40,892 nucleotides of DNA from Ferruginibacter sp. (lineage in GTDB: Bacteria > Bacteroidota > Bacteroidia > Chitinophagales > Chitinophagaceae). Position 1 is the stretch's first letter, and the number at the start of each line of letters is the position of its first letter. Shown here piece by piece: positions 28,488-38,003 of the stretch. The DNA lies in contig JAYUBR010000641.1 of assembly GCA_043740775.1 (NCBI GenBank), positions 1-40,892 on the forward strand, written 5' to 3'. The notes beneath the pieces are model-generated. The model saw only the letters and a list, made by a program, of their open reading frames with translations. It did no database searches and had not been told where the DNA came from. The translations under genes and the position numbers were made by a program.

Positions 28488-29375
28488 TTATTTTTTTATA
28501 AAATTTTTTAACAATTTAAAAGGAAATTCTAAAATATCCACTAACTTATGAGTAGGTCTACTAAGCTTTCTATTCAATAAAGTATTTGAATTAATTAATC
28601 TATTATTTTCATCTTTCAACAGCTTATACATTTGAAATATGTCTTCATTTGCAAATACGCTGTGTTCGATAATTGGTAAGTTATTTAAAGGGCTATTTGA
28701 TGCTATACAAATATTATAAATTGGAGATTGAACAGCTTTATTTTGGGTGACATTAGAAAAGCTTCCTGAAAATTCAATGAATCCCCTATCCACTGCTTTT
28801 GCTACCCCTATTATAGAACCAAATATAGTTTTTTGGTTAAGTTCTAGTACATTCGAAAAATATGTATTAATTAAACCATAAAATTCATAGTCGTAAAGTT
28901 CCTTAATATGAAATGGATTTTTATATTTTGGAATATCTGAGTAATTCCTTTTATCTGGCGAAGAAATTATGAGTATCCCGTCAATTTTAAGAACACGCTT
29001 GATTTCTTGTAACATTTTATCGTGTTCAGAATGATGTTCAATCGTTTCAAAACTTATAACTACATCTAATGAATTGTCCTCTACTGGTATTTGAGTTGCC
29101 GCACCTTGTATAAATGATAAATTTGATTTTTTGTATTTTTTGTTCGCATGGTCTATTGCTTCTGAAGAGATATCTACTCCTATAACTTGCCTCGCTATAT
29201 TCGATAGTAAATTAGCACCGTAGCCTTCACCAGATGCGATATCTATAACTTTTTTATTAGTGACTAAATTTAAAGCTATTGCATACCTGTGAAGGTGTTC
29301 TATTGTCCAGTATTCATATATTTCTGTTACCAATCGTTCACCGGTAAAAATCATGCCTGAATTATCTTTAATCAT
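28488..29375 (-). CDS. Class I SAM methyltransferase with a short coiled-coil/amphipathic tail; ATG at 29375 chosen as start
   Basis: FTGERL, EHLHRY, VIDIASGEGYG, SFETIEH, RVLK..G.LIISSP, NPFHIKEL. Confidence 0.88.
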   Translation of the reverse strand: MIKDNSGMIFTGERLVTEIYEYWTIEHLHRYAIALNLVTNKKVIDIASGEGYGANLLSNIARQVIGVDISSEAIDHANKKYKKSNLSFIQGAATQIPVEDNSLDVVISFETIEHHSEHDKMLQEIKRVLKIDGILIISSPDKRNYSDIPKYKNPFHIKELYDYEFYGLINTYFSNVLELNQKTIFGSIIGVAKAVDRGFIEFSGSFSNVTQNKAVQSPIYNICIASNSPLNNLPIIEHSVFANEDIFQMYKLLKDENNRLINSNTLLNRKLSRPTHKLVDILEFPFKLLKNFIKK

Positions 29376-29377
29376 AC

Positions 29378-30322
29378 TCAATTACTAATAATAATTTTAT
29401 GGGCTATTTTTTTTCCTATTTGTTTGATTAGTTTAAGGATATTAAAATGAGAATTGTTAGATTTAATAATCTTCAAATAAAATTTCTGAAATTTTTTCAA
29501 AGCATCATTATCTTTTGTGATTGGTATTTTAATTATTAAGACTTTCTTTTTCAATTTGCTAATTTGATAGAACTTATTGGATTCACAATTCGTTCCAGAA
29601 TTATCAAATCCGATATTATTTACTAAAGATTGAGCTGGATGTAAACAAAAGCCACGTTTTAAGAAAATACTTGAATGCCATTTTACTGCCCAGGTTTTTA
29701 ACTTCTCATCAGCATTTGCTATGAGTTGATTATAGAATTCATTACCAAAGCCTGCATTGAAATCTGTTTGATTAAAAAAATCAACATTCTTTAACTTCTT
29801 TAGTAAATTATTAGCATCATTATCATAAAATTGCCATCTATCCTTCCAAGTGCCCCAGCCCCATGGCGTGACCACATTTAAAAATAAAGAGGTTGATTTT
29901 TTTAATTTCAGTGGATACATATACCCAGAAATATGCATTACTTTTTTCTCATTCTCATATAAGTTAAGAGCTTGATTCATATAACTTAAAAAACCGCTTG
30001 ATGTTATTATATCATCTTCCAGAATAATTATTTTCCCATGGATATTTATAATATCAGTCACCCCATTAACAATTGAATCTGCTAACCCTGCATTTTTATC
30101 TTTTTCAATTATTATTACTTCTTTACACCACTGTTTACTCTTAATTATTTCTCTTGTTTGCTTTATTTTAAGCAAAGTATCTTCTTCTGCACTTTCATTT
30201 GGTCCGTCTGAATATATGTATAATTTAGATTCATCAGCAAGATCATTTTTGCGCAAAGCTTCCAATGTTTGAAGAGTATGCCGTGGACGATTATAAACAA
30301 ATAGAACAATTGGAGCTAACAT
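29378..30322 (-). CDS. GT2-like glycosyltransferase; ATG at 30322 overlaps the asnB stop
   Basis: MLAPIVLFVYNRP, IYSDGP, NAGLADSI, IILEDD, WGWGTWKDRW, NIGFDNSG. Confidence 0.9.
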   Translation of the reverse strand: MLAPIVLFVYNRPRHTLQTLEALRKNDLADESKLYIYSDGPNESAEEDTLLKIKQTREIIKSKQWCKEVIIIEKDKNAGLADSIVNGVTDIINIHGKIIILEDDIITSSGFLSYMNQALNLYENEKKVMHISGYMYPLKLKKSTSLFLNVVTPWGWGTWKDRWQFYDNDANNLLKKLKNVDFFNQTDFNAGFGNEFYNQLIANADEKLKTWAVKWHSSIFLKRGFCLHPAQSLVNNIGFDNSGTNCESNKFYQISKLKKKVLIIKIPITKDNDALKKFQKFYLKIIKSNNSHFNILKLIKQIGKKIAHKIIISN

Positions 30323-32196
30323 TCTTTTATTTGAACACGATTTAAAAACCCCATTTCCCAAAAATAGGGTTGCATACCATACCAGGCCGCTTCACCATCC
30401 TGTAAATTTGCCTTTGGATCATTAATTACTTTCTCAACCTGCTGCTGTACTTCTTTACCATTTATCAATAAACATTGCCTGAAATTATTGGAATGGATAT
30501 GATCCATAAAAAAAGACTGCCATGGACCTTTCAGCCATTCGGTAATGGGTGTGTTAAAACCGATCTTATCCTTTCTGTCGATGATAGATTTGGGCATAAA
30601 GGGCGCAACCGCTTCTCTTATAATAGCTTTAGTATAACCGTTTCTTATTTTACTGGTAAAAGGAATAGAAAAAGCATATTCAACCACCCTGTGGTCCATA
30701 AAGGGCATCCTTATTTCCACTCCGTTTGCCATTGAATAACGATCGTAATTTCTTAATAAGGTAGGCAACACCGTTTGATGAAAAAGAATGTACAACACAT
30801 TATTAAGATGCCCCAATTGGGGATATCTCCTGTATTTGGGCTGCTGTTTATTTATCAAAGCTTTTGCATAGAAAGCAATTTTGTTTTTTGAAGAATTCAT
30901 CCTGCCTGAAAGAATGCTATTATAAGTACCTATTTTTTCTTTTAAGCCCCATTTATTGGTATCAATATTTTTAAACCCCCTGTATGTTTCCAGGATATTT
31001 GTTATCTCTCCAATATTCCATCCAGCATCTAAAAGTGCCTCTAACATATCAGTATGGTACCCCGACATCATTTCATCTGCTCCATGTCCGTCAATAGAAA
31101 CGGACACTCCATTTTTTTTAATGGCTTGATAAGTCCGCATCATGGGTATAGGGCTGGTTATATAGAGCTCTTCAAAAAAGTACAGGTCGTCAATTAATTC
31201 GTCAATTCCCGCAACGGGATCAATATTTAAAAATGTGGCTTTGGTATTTGCATGTTCTACCACCTGCTCGGCATATCTTCTTTCATCCAGGAATGAGCCA
31301 GGAAAGCAAGCCACAAAAGCATGTTGCCAGTCGTGGTTAATCCTTTCCAATTGGGAAGTTTTCGCTAAGTTGGCCATGGTACAGAAAACCGCACTGGAAT
31401 CCAGCCCCCCACTTAAAGCTGTTCCTACAGGTACATCGGCACGCATACGTATAGCGCATGCATCGGTGAATAAGGATCTAAACTCTTCCACCTGCTGGTT
31501 ATAGTTTTTTGAGACCGGCTTAATATGATCAATGGTTTGATAAAACTGTTGCGGATTTAATGAATCCTGACCAGGAGTATAATATGCATAAGAAGCAGCA
31601 GGAAAACGCACAATATCTTTCAGTAAAGTTTTTTCTGTACTCTCATATTGGAAAACATTTGTTTTGCACCATTCAAAATGACTGGATGTTTCTACAGAAG
31701 ATAAAAAAGGAGTAATCGCTTTCATTTCGGAAGCAAAAACAAACTGTCGCTTAGAGATACTATAAAACAAGGGTTTTTTACCAAAGCGGTCACGGCTTAA
31801 AAACAATTTTTTTGTATTATTGTCCCAAATTGCAAAGGCCCACATGCCATTGAATTGGTTCAAACAATTTACCCCCCACGTATCATATGCTGCAACTAGC
31901 ACCTCGGTATCTGAATCAGAGGTAAAATGATATCCCTTTTTTATCAGTGATTTTCTTATTTCGATAAAATTATATATCTCGCCATTAAAAGTAATAGTAT
32001 ACTTACCATACAACATTGGTTGTTTTGCATTGTCAGATAGATCTAAGATAGCCAAACGCCGGTGCCCTAGCATCACCATTTGCTGATCATCTTCCCAGAT
32101 GCCATAGCCATCTGGCCCCCGATGAGCAATAGAGTCTAAAGCTTTTTTAAATTTTTCTTTTGCTACAGATGGAATTATTCCGGCGATACCACACAT
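30316..32196 (-). CDS. asnB: Asparagine synthase (glutamine-hydrolysing) family amidotransferase, probably glycan-amidating
   Basis: MCGIAG (Ntn Cys), HRGPD, GHRRLAILDLS, NGEIYN, RDRFGKKPL, LSGGLDSS, GHGADE, E.RMPFMD. Confidence 0.93.
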   Translation of the reverse strand: MCGIAGIIPSVAKEKFKKALDSIAHRGPDGYGIWEDDQQMVMLGHRRLAILDLSDNAKQPMLYGKYTITFNGEIYNFIEIRKSLIKKGYHFTSDSDTEVLVAAYDTWGVNCLNQFNGMWAFAIWDNNTKKLFLSRDRFGKKPLFYSISKRQFVFASEMKAITPFLSSVETSSHFEWCKTNVFQYESTEKTLLKDIVRFPAASYAYYTPGQDSLNPQQFYQTIDHIKPVSKNYNQQVEEFRSLFTDACAIRMRADVPVGTALSGGLDSSAVFCTMANLAKTSQLERINHDWQHAFVACFPGSFLDERRYAEQVVEHANTKATFLNIDPVAGIDELIDDLYFFEELYITSPIPMMRTYQAIKKNGVSVSIDGHGADEMMSGYHTDMLEALLDAGWNIGEITNILETYRGFKNIDTNKWGLKEKIGTYNSILSGRMNSSKNKIAFYAKALINKQQPKYRRYPQLGHLNNVLYILFHQTVLPTLLRNYDRYSMANGVEIRMPFMDHRVVEYAFSIPFTSKIRNGYTKAIIREAVAPFMPKSIIDRKDKIGFNTPITEWLKGPWQSFFMDHIHSNNFRQCLLINGKEVQQQVEKVINDPKANLQDGEAAWYGMQPYFWEMGFLNRVQIKEC

Positions 32197-32200
32197 ATTT

Positions 32201-33367
32201 CTATACTTTATTATTAACCAGAGAATGAATAGTTTGCAGTAATATTTCTTTTTCTTTTCCGGGAGTAAATTTTTCTGCTACTGTCCTTGCTGCGTTAGTG
32301 CCGAGGCTACTAGCATAGTCCCTATTATTAAAGAGCTTCATCAACGCACTTGCGTGAGCTTCTGTATCACCTGGTAACACAAGTATACCATCCACTTCGT
32401 TCGTAATTATTTCAACAGGTCCTCCCATTGCTCCGGTTATTACTGGCAAGTGGTAAGACATTGCTTCAATAATTGAAACCCCAAATGCCTCCACTTCATT
32501 GGTTAATGCGCCCCTGCAACTGTGCATGGTATAAATATCCGCTTGTTGAAATAGTGTTGCTGCCTGCTGCCTGTTCACTTTGCCCGGGAACAGAACTCTT
32601 TGTTTATAAACCGACCGGCTCACCATTATTTCACAAAATGGTTTCATTGGACCATCTCCTGCCATTAATAAATTGCCTTTGAATCCCATTTCACAAGCTT
32701 TAAAAAAAGCCTTAATTACGAGGTCGGGCCCTTTGAATTCAACAAACCTTCCCAGAAATAATACTGTCAAACTTTCTTTATAAAAATCCCGTACAGTTTC
32801 AAAAATAGGCACGCCAAAATATTTGATAGTTATTTTTTCGGCTTTCGCATTTGCCTTTATTAATTCCTGTTGTGAGAAAATAGAATTAGCCATTAAATGA
32901 ACATTGGGAAGTTTAAATAATTGCTGGCAATTATTTTTATATTCTGCGGGGTGATAATAGCTGCTGGATTCATTAAAGTCCTTTGCATTCCATAAAATAT
33001 CTATTCCATGAACATGTATTAGTACAGGTATTTTCAATTGTTTCAATACCTCTCTCGCATATTCTGCTGCAGATAAAAAATGTATTAACAGTAAATCTGC
33101 TTTCTTATTCCTTATGAACCGGAGAAGTTCCTTTTCAACCAATTTCTTTCTATCATATTTAAATAAACCCAGCCGCATTAAAAGTCTTTCTGCAACTGTT
33201 GGGTTACGTCCAAATAAATTGAACAATTCAAAAGGAGCTGTAATTTTTTCGTATGCTGGAAGAAAGGCTGCCACACCTTTAATATCTTTTTCAATATACT
33301 CTTGCATTCGCTGCATCCAGACTTCAGAAACGGCCTGCCAGTTAGGTTGAATGATTACAATATTCAT
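32201..33367 (-). CDS. GT4 glycosyltransferase
   Basis: HVHGID, FLGRFVEFKG, EAFGVSIIEAMSYHLPVI. Confidence 0.92.
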   Translation of the reverse strand: MNIVIIQPNWQAVSEVWMQRMQEYIEKDIKGVAAFLPAYEKITAPFELFNLFGRNPTVAERLLMRLGLFKYDRKKLVEKELLRFIRNKKADLLLIHFLSAAEYAREVLKQLKIPVLIHVHGIDILWNAKDFNESSSYYHPAEYKNNCQQLFKLPNVHLMANSIFSQQELIKANAKAEKITIKYFGVPIFETVRDFYKESLTVLFLGRFVEFKGPDLVIKAFFKACEMGFKGNLLMAGDGPMKPFCEIMVSRSVYKQRVLFPGKVNRQQAATLFQQADIYTMHSCRGALTNEVEAFGVSIIEAMSYHLPVITGAMGGPVEIITNEVDGILVLPGDTEAHASALMKLFNNRDYASSLGTNAARTVAEKFTPGKEKEILLQTIHSLVNNKV

Positions 33368-33439
33368 AGGTGACTGTTCTGGAGATTACAGGTAATTTTT
33401 ATATACTTTTTTTTACGCATAGTTTTAGTCTGTTCAGAT

Positions 33440-34411
33440 TTATGATGTAATAAATCTTTCAGGTCCAGGATGCGAAAATGATCCCTTCATATACAGTTCA
33501 AAATATTCGAATAAACCAGGAATATCCATGCTTTGAATGGGTACATTTTCCTGTAGTTTTACATCATGCAACGGGTAATCCTTTTTTTGAGCAGTAAACA
33601 ATTGAAACTTATCAGCAAACTTCCATAAGATTGTATTTTTTTCAAAAATATTTTTCCGAATCCATGGAACAGAAAAAGTTTTTACTCCTTGTCTGTGTAT
33701 ATAATTAAAATTTCCCTGTAATCTTTTTAATTCATTTTTAAAAACAGTGGTGTAAGAAACTTCCTGTGCTGATACACTCTGGCTATTAACTAACCCGATA
33801 GCCACTATACCTGTAAAGAAAGCTACCTTTCTATTCAATGCGGTGAGTCTTACACTGTATTCCAAATCTACATGTTTAAAGCTGGTATCAAACAAGCCAA
33901 TCAATGAGCAACTGCTTTTCCTGATCATTAAAGGCAGACACGAAAAAAAGGTGGAACTAAATTCTTTATTCACCCATTGCTCAAACCAAATCTGGTAGCT
34001 TTTTCTCCACTCAAAAAATGTAACCGGCTGCATCACATTTACGGAAATAATATTACCTGTCATTACATCAATATCAGGATTTGTAATCATGAATTCCTTC
34101 ATTCGTCTTATGTATGAATAATTAAATACATCGTCATCAGTTATTACTTTTATTAAATCCCCTTTTGCCATTAACAAGGTTTTATTATAACCATGCGCCT
34201 CTCCTTTATCTTTTTCGGAAATAAACTGGTGAATAGCACCTTCTTCAAATAATTTTTGCAAATACTCTTTCGTTCCATCGGTACTACTCCCATCGGCAAT
34301 TACAATTTCTTCATTTGGCTGTACATTTTGTAAAAGCAAACGCATCACTTCCTTTAAATAGGGTAGTTTATTAAAGGTGGTGATAACATAAGAAAGTTTT
34401 ATTTCACTCAT
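33440..34411 (-). CDS. GT2 glycosyltransferase
   Basis: [37 protein letters not shown]. Confidence 0.9.
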   Translation of the reverse strand: MSEIKLSYVITTFNKLPYLKEVMRLLLQNVQPNEEIVIADGSSTDGTKEYLQKLFEEGAIHQFISEKDKGEAHGYNKTLLMAKGDLIKVITDDDVFNYSYIRRMKEFMITNPDIDVMTGNIISVNVMQPVTFFEWRKSYQIWFEQWVNKEFSSTFFSCLPLMIRKSSCSLIGLFDTSFKHVDLEYSVRLTALNRKVAFFTGIVAIGLVNSQSVSAQEVSYTTVFKNELKRLQGNFNYIHRQGVKTFSVPWIRKNIFEKNTILWKFADKFQLFTAQKKDYPLHDVKLQENVPIQSMDIPGLFEYFELYMKGSFSHPGPERFITS

Positions 34412-34959
34412 ATTTGATACCCGAGTCTTTTAGCATATTCAATCATTTTATCTTTTCTTCTCACCTTAAAAGGTTTAGCAGGTGAACCAATATAGATAGT
34501 CCATGGCTCAGTATCTTTTGTTACCAAGGAACATGCTCCAATAACAGAACCTTCCCCTAATCTTACACCTGGTAACACGGTAACACCGGCACCTGTATTA
34601 ACAAAGTTTTCAAAAATTACCGGCTCTATTGCGAGCGTATCTCTAAATTCGTCTGGTATTCCGGGAGCTGTTATCAGGCCCTCTCCCAAAAAACTATCAG
34701 TACCACAAATAATTTTACTACCGGTGGATATATTTGTAAAGTGCCCCATTTTTAAAAGTCCTTTCTCTCCCCCAATAACAATAACATAAGGTGCTATATG
34801 GATATGATCGCCTATTTCGGCGGCCGTTGTAATATAAAAACCATTGTCAATGGCAACATGATTACCAATACTGACCAGCTGAGGCCGGCGTATATCAACC
34901 TTGTCACCGATAAACACATCTTTACCAACCGATTTAAAAACAGATAAGTCAAATGCCAT
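34408..34959 (-). CDS. Left-handed beta-helix acyltransferase resembling VioB/AntD sugar N-acyltransferases; ATG at 34959 chosen
   Basis: [10 protein letters not shown], hexapeptide repeats, [36 protein letters not shown]. Confidence 0.82.
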   Translation of the reverse strand: MAFDLSVFKSVGKDVFIGDKVDIRRPQLVSIGNHVAIDNGFYITTAAEIGDHIHIAPYVIVIGGEKGLLKMGHFTNISTGSKIICGTDSFLGEGLITAPGIPDEFRDTLAIEPVIFENFVNTGAGVTVLPGVRLGEGSVIGACSLVTKDTEPWTIYIGSPAKPFKVRRKDKMIEYAKRLGYQI

Positions 34960-34961
34960 GA

Positions 34962-35894
34962 TCAATAAGGATAAGAAGCTTTATAATAATTGATTGTTTG
35001 TTCTATTCCTTCGTTAAAATCAGAAAACTGAAAACCCGTAAATACTTTTTTAAACCTTGCATCGTCCATTACTTTCTTGGGCGCCCCGTCGGGCATACCG
35101 GCATCCCAGTGTATACAAAAAGGCGTAGTAAAATGCTGCTGGATCACTTCTACCAGTTCCTTTACGCTGAGTCCAAAATTCTGGGCAATATTTACAGGCT
35201 CTGCCAAACCAAGCATTTTCGGATGCTGAATAATGTGCAAAATTATCCTGCCAAAATCTTCTGCATATAACCATTCCCTTATGGCAACCCCGGTACCCCA
35301 TAAAGTAATATCAGTGGTGCCACTTTTTTCAGCTTTTACAAACCTCGAGATTAAAGCATTTAGGGCATGTGCTTTATTGGGGTCAGTGGAATCATTGGGC
35401 CCATACATATTGGGAACGAGCAACTGAATACTCTTAATACCATATTGCATCTCAAAACTTTTTGAAACCAGCAGTAGAAATCTTTTTGCCCCACCGTAAG
35501 CTAATACAGATGCATGCACAGGACCTTTCCAAAGATCATCCTCTTCAAATTTTTCGTCTACTGCAGGATAAGCACAGTTGGCAACTGGATTAATGATCAT
35601 GCAATTTGTATTCACCCAGGCAATGGCCTGGTACATATTGATGATCATGCTGGCATTATCACAAATAACTTCTGCAGCCTGCTGTGTTACATAATTTAAA
35701 CTGCCTACATGAGCAGCACAATTGACGATGATATCAGGCTTTATTTGCTGAAATGCTTGAATGGTGGCTTCCATATCTCTTAAGTCGAGCCCATTATTTT
35801 TTGCCAATGGATAAAATGCCACGTTGTTTCGATTCAACACATTGGCAACATTACTACCTGCAAAACCAGTTGCTCCTAGTAAAATAATTTTCAT
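34962..35894 (-). CDS. GDP-L-fucose synthase (Fcl/WcaG)-like NDP-sugar epimerase/reductase, divergent
   Basis: [68 protein letters not shown]. Confidence 0.85.
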   Translation of the reverse strand: MKIILLGATGFAGSNVANVLNRNNVAFYPLAKNNGLDLRDMEATIQAFQQIKPDIIVNCAAHVGSLNYVTQQAAEVICDNASMIINMYQAIAWVNTNCMIINPVANCAYPAVDEKFEEDDLWKGPVHASVLAYGGAKRFLLLVSKSFEMQYGIKSIQLLVPNMYGPNDSTDPNKAHALNALISRFVKAEKSGTTDITLWGTGVAIREWLYAEDFGRIILHIIQHPKMLGLAEPVNIAQNFGLSVKELVEVIQQHFTTPFCIHWDAGMPDGAPKKVMDDARFKKVFTGFQFSDFNEGIEQTINYYKASYPY

Positions 35895-35901
35895 GTGCTC
35901 T

Positions 35902-36897
35902 TTATTTTATCTTTCTCAACCATAAGCTACCCGGATTTTCATGATTTGAATAAGAATTAAATATTTTTGCTAACGAAACCGGAGCATATTGATGCATCAT
36001 ACTGCTGCTCCAAAGAATTTCAAAAGAATCATTATACATTAAAAAAGATTGTAAAAATTGCTGTTCGTTCCAAAACCATCCATTTTCCCTAACCCATTTT
36101 TCAGGATAATTATAAGGCCAAAAAATATCATGAAAGTGAATAATTACCCCCTTATGTAAATGAGGTAAGATATTAAACAATTCAAATTCAACATCACTTC
36201 CATATTTCATTACGTGTGTTGAATCAATAAACAGTATATCATTCTCTTCCAGGTTTTGAAATAAATATAATTCTACATCCTGGACAGGTTTTTCAATCAG
36301 GGTATTTAATAATGGTACGTTGGTTTTAAAAAACTCTCTTGGATAAGGTTCAATTGAAATTAAATTAGGGGAATAATGATCGTTACTTTTCTTATTAACA
36401 CCCAATGCTTTTGAAATAAGAAAGGTGGAATAACCTGATCCGACTTCTATTATATTTTTAGGAAGGTATTTTCGGATCATACAATATAAAATTTCACCGT
36501 CAACCGAAGTGAAGTTTTGATTTTGTATAAAATATTCCCATGCATTTTCCACCTCATTTTTATATTTAGGGAATGAATTAAACTCTTCTGAAAATTGCTT
36601 ATTAAAATCAGCAAGTAAATCAGATTGAAAAGTCATATTTGTATTTATACCGCTTAATAAAGATTGCCGAATCCAATAATTTTTATCTAAAGCAGACAAA
36701 TCAGGTATTGGATGATAGAAATGATTTAGAGAAATATGGTAACCCTTCTTTTCCAAGTCCGTAAAATATTTCCTATCAGAAATAATAGAGGGAATAAATC
36801 CGAACTTTAAAATAACTTCTTTTATAAAAAAATCAATCCAACCAGGTTTCTTAGAAATTAGGAATGATAGTATTCTATTAAATATTTTCTGTTTCAC
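35902..36897 (-). CDS. Class I SAM methyltransferase (Methyltransf_24-like; GTG start)
   Basis: HFYHPIPD, IIEVGSGYST, SIEPYP, ILFIDSTHV, IHFHDIF, WNEQ. Confidence 0.87.
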   Translation of the reverse strand: MKQKIFNRILSFLISKKPGWIDFFIKEVILKFGFIPSIISDRKYFTDLEKKGYHISLNHFYHPIPDLSALDKNYWIRQSLLSGINTNMTFQSDLLADFNKQFSEEFNSFPKYKNEVENAWEYFIQNQNFTSVDGEILYCMIRKYLPKNIIEVGSGYSTFLISKALGVNKKSNDHYSPNLISIEPYPREFFKTNVPLLNTLIEKPVQDVELYLFQNLEENDILFIDSTHVMKYGSDVEFELFNILPHLHKGVIIHFHDIFWPYNYPEKWVRENGWFWNEQQFLQSFLMYNDSFEILWSSSMMHQYAPVSLAKIFNSYSNHENPGSLWLRKIK

Positions 36898-38003
36898 CAG
36901 CCTCCTTTTATTGTTGTTATTATAAACTGAATCTGTTCATCGTCCAGATCATTGTGGACAGGAATATGAATTTGTGTTTTATCAAAATCATATTGAGTGG
37001 TTAATGTCTCTTTTGAGTAATGGGTAAAAATATCGTTTTTGTGTATTCCCAAGTGTACGACTGATGCAGGTATGCCCGTCTGCTTCAATTTTAAAATAAA
37101 CGCCTCCCGGTTTTCTACATGGAAACCATATAACCAATAAGCACTTTTTCTATCCTGTTGATATTTAAATTTAATGATCCCGGTTACTCCCCTTAGTTCT
37201 TCATGATAATAAGATGCAATTTCACGTCGCCGTTTTAAATTAGTTTCCAGATCATTAAGATTAGCCATTCCTAGGGCTGCAGCATAATTATTCAAATGAT
37301 ATTTATACCCTGTTTTTTGAAGATTGTATTCTCTTTCACCTAATAACCCAACGGGGCTATTTTGCCGGTCGATCCCAAACCAACGAAGTGACATCGCTTT
37401 TTTATAATGTTGAAAAGATTTACAGCCAAGCGCTCCACCATCGCCTGTTGTAAGGTGTTTTATGGCCTGGAAGGAAAAACAGCTCATATCTCCAATCGAT
37501 CCGATCTTTTGGTTTTTATAAGTGGCGCCAATGGCATGAGCGGCATCGTCAATAAGCAGCAGATTATTATTGGTAGCAATTACCTGTAATTCATCCATAT
37601 CACATGGATACCCTCCCCAATGTACCGGCATGATTGCTTTGGTGCGGACGCTTATTTTTTTTATTACATCTGCCGGGCTAATATTTCCTGTTTCATATTG
37701 AATATCTGCAAATACTGGTTTAGCACCGGTCATTAAAACAGCCAATCCTGTGGCAATAAAGGTTTGAGCAGGTATAATTACTTCATCGCCTTCACCAATG
37801 CCGGCAACTACCAATGCGAGGTGTAAAGCAGCGGTGCCGCTGTTGAGGGCAACGGGATTTACAATACCAGCCTCTTTTGTAAGTCCTGCTTCAAATTCTG
37901 CTACAACCTTGCCCTCACTTAAAAAACCAGTCTGCAACACATGCTGCACACTATCTGCAGCAGATGGAGAAATATAGGTATTGAAGAAATTAATTTTTTT
38001 CAT
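36894..38003 (-). CDS. DegT/DnrJ/EryC1/StrS PLP-dependent sugar aminotransferase
   Basis: NSGTAALHLAL, AIMPVHWGG, DDAAHAIG, FSFQAIKHLTTGDGG (Schiff-base Lys present). Confidence 0.94.
   Translation of the reverse strand: MKKINFFNTYISPSAADSVQHVLQTGFLSEGKVVAEFEAGLTKEAGIVNPVALNSGTAALHLALVVAGIGEGDEVIIPAQTFIATGLAVLMTGAKPVFADIQYETGNISPADVIKKISVRTKAIMPVHWGGYPCDMDELQVIATNNNLLLIDDAAHAIGATYKNQKIGSIGDMSCFSFQAIKHLTTGDGGALGCKSFQHYKKAMSLRWFGIDRQNSPVGLLGEREYNLQKTGYKYHLNNYAAALGMANLNDLETNLKRRREIASYYHEELRGVTGIIKFKYQQDRKSAYWLYGFHVENREAFILKLKQTGIPASVVHLGIHKNDIFTHYSKETLTTQYDFDKTQIHIPVHNDLDDEQIQFIITTIKGGW

Noticed and set aside
34962-38003. Colitose pathway (ColD/ColC)
   Set aside because: ColD has His in place of the PLP Lys; this DegT protein keeps the Lys (AIKHLTTGDGG), so it reads as a true aminotransferase.
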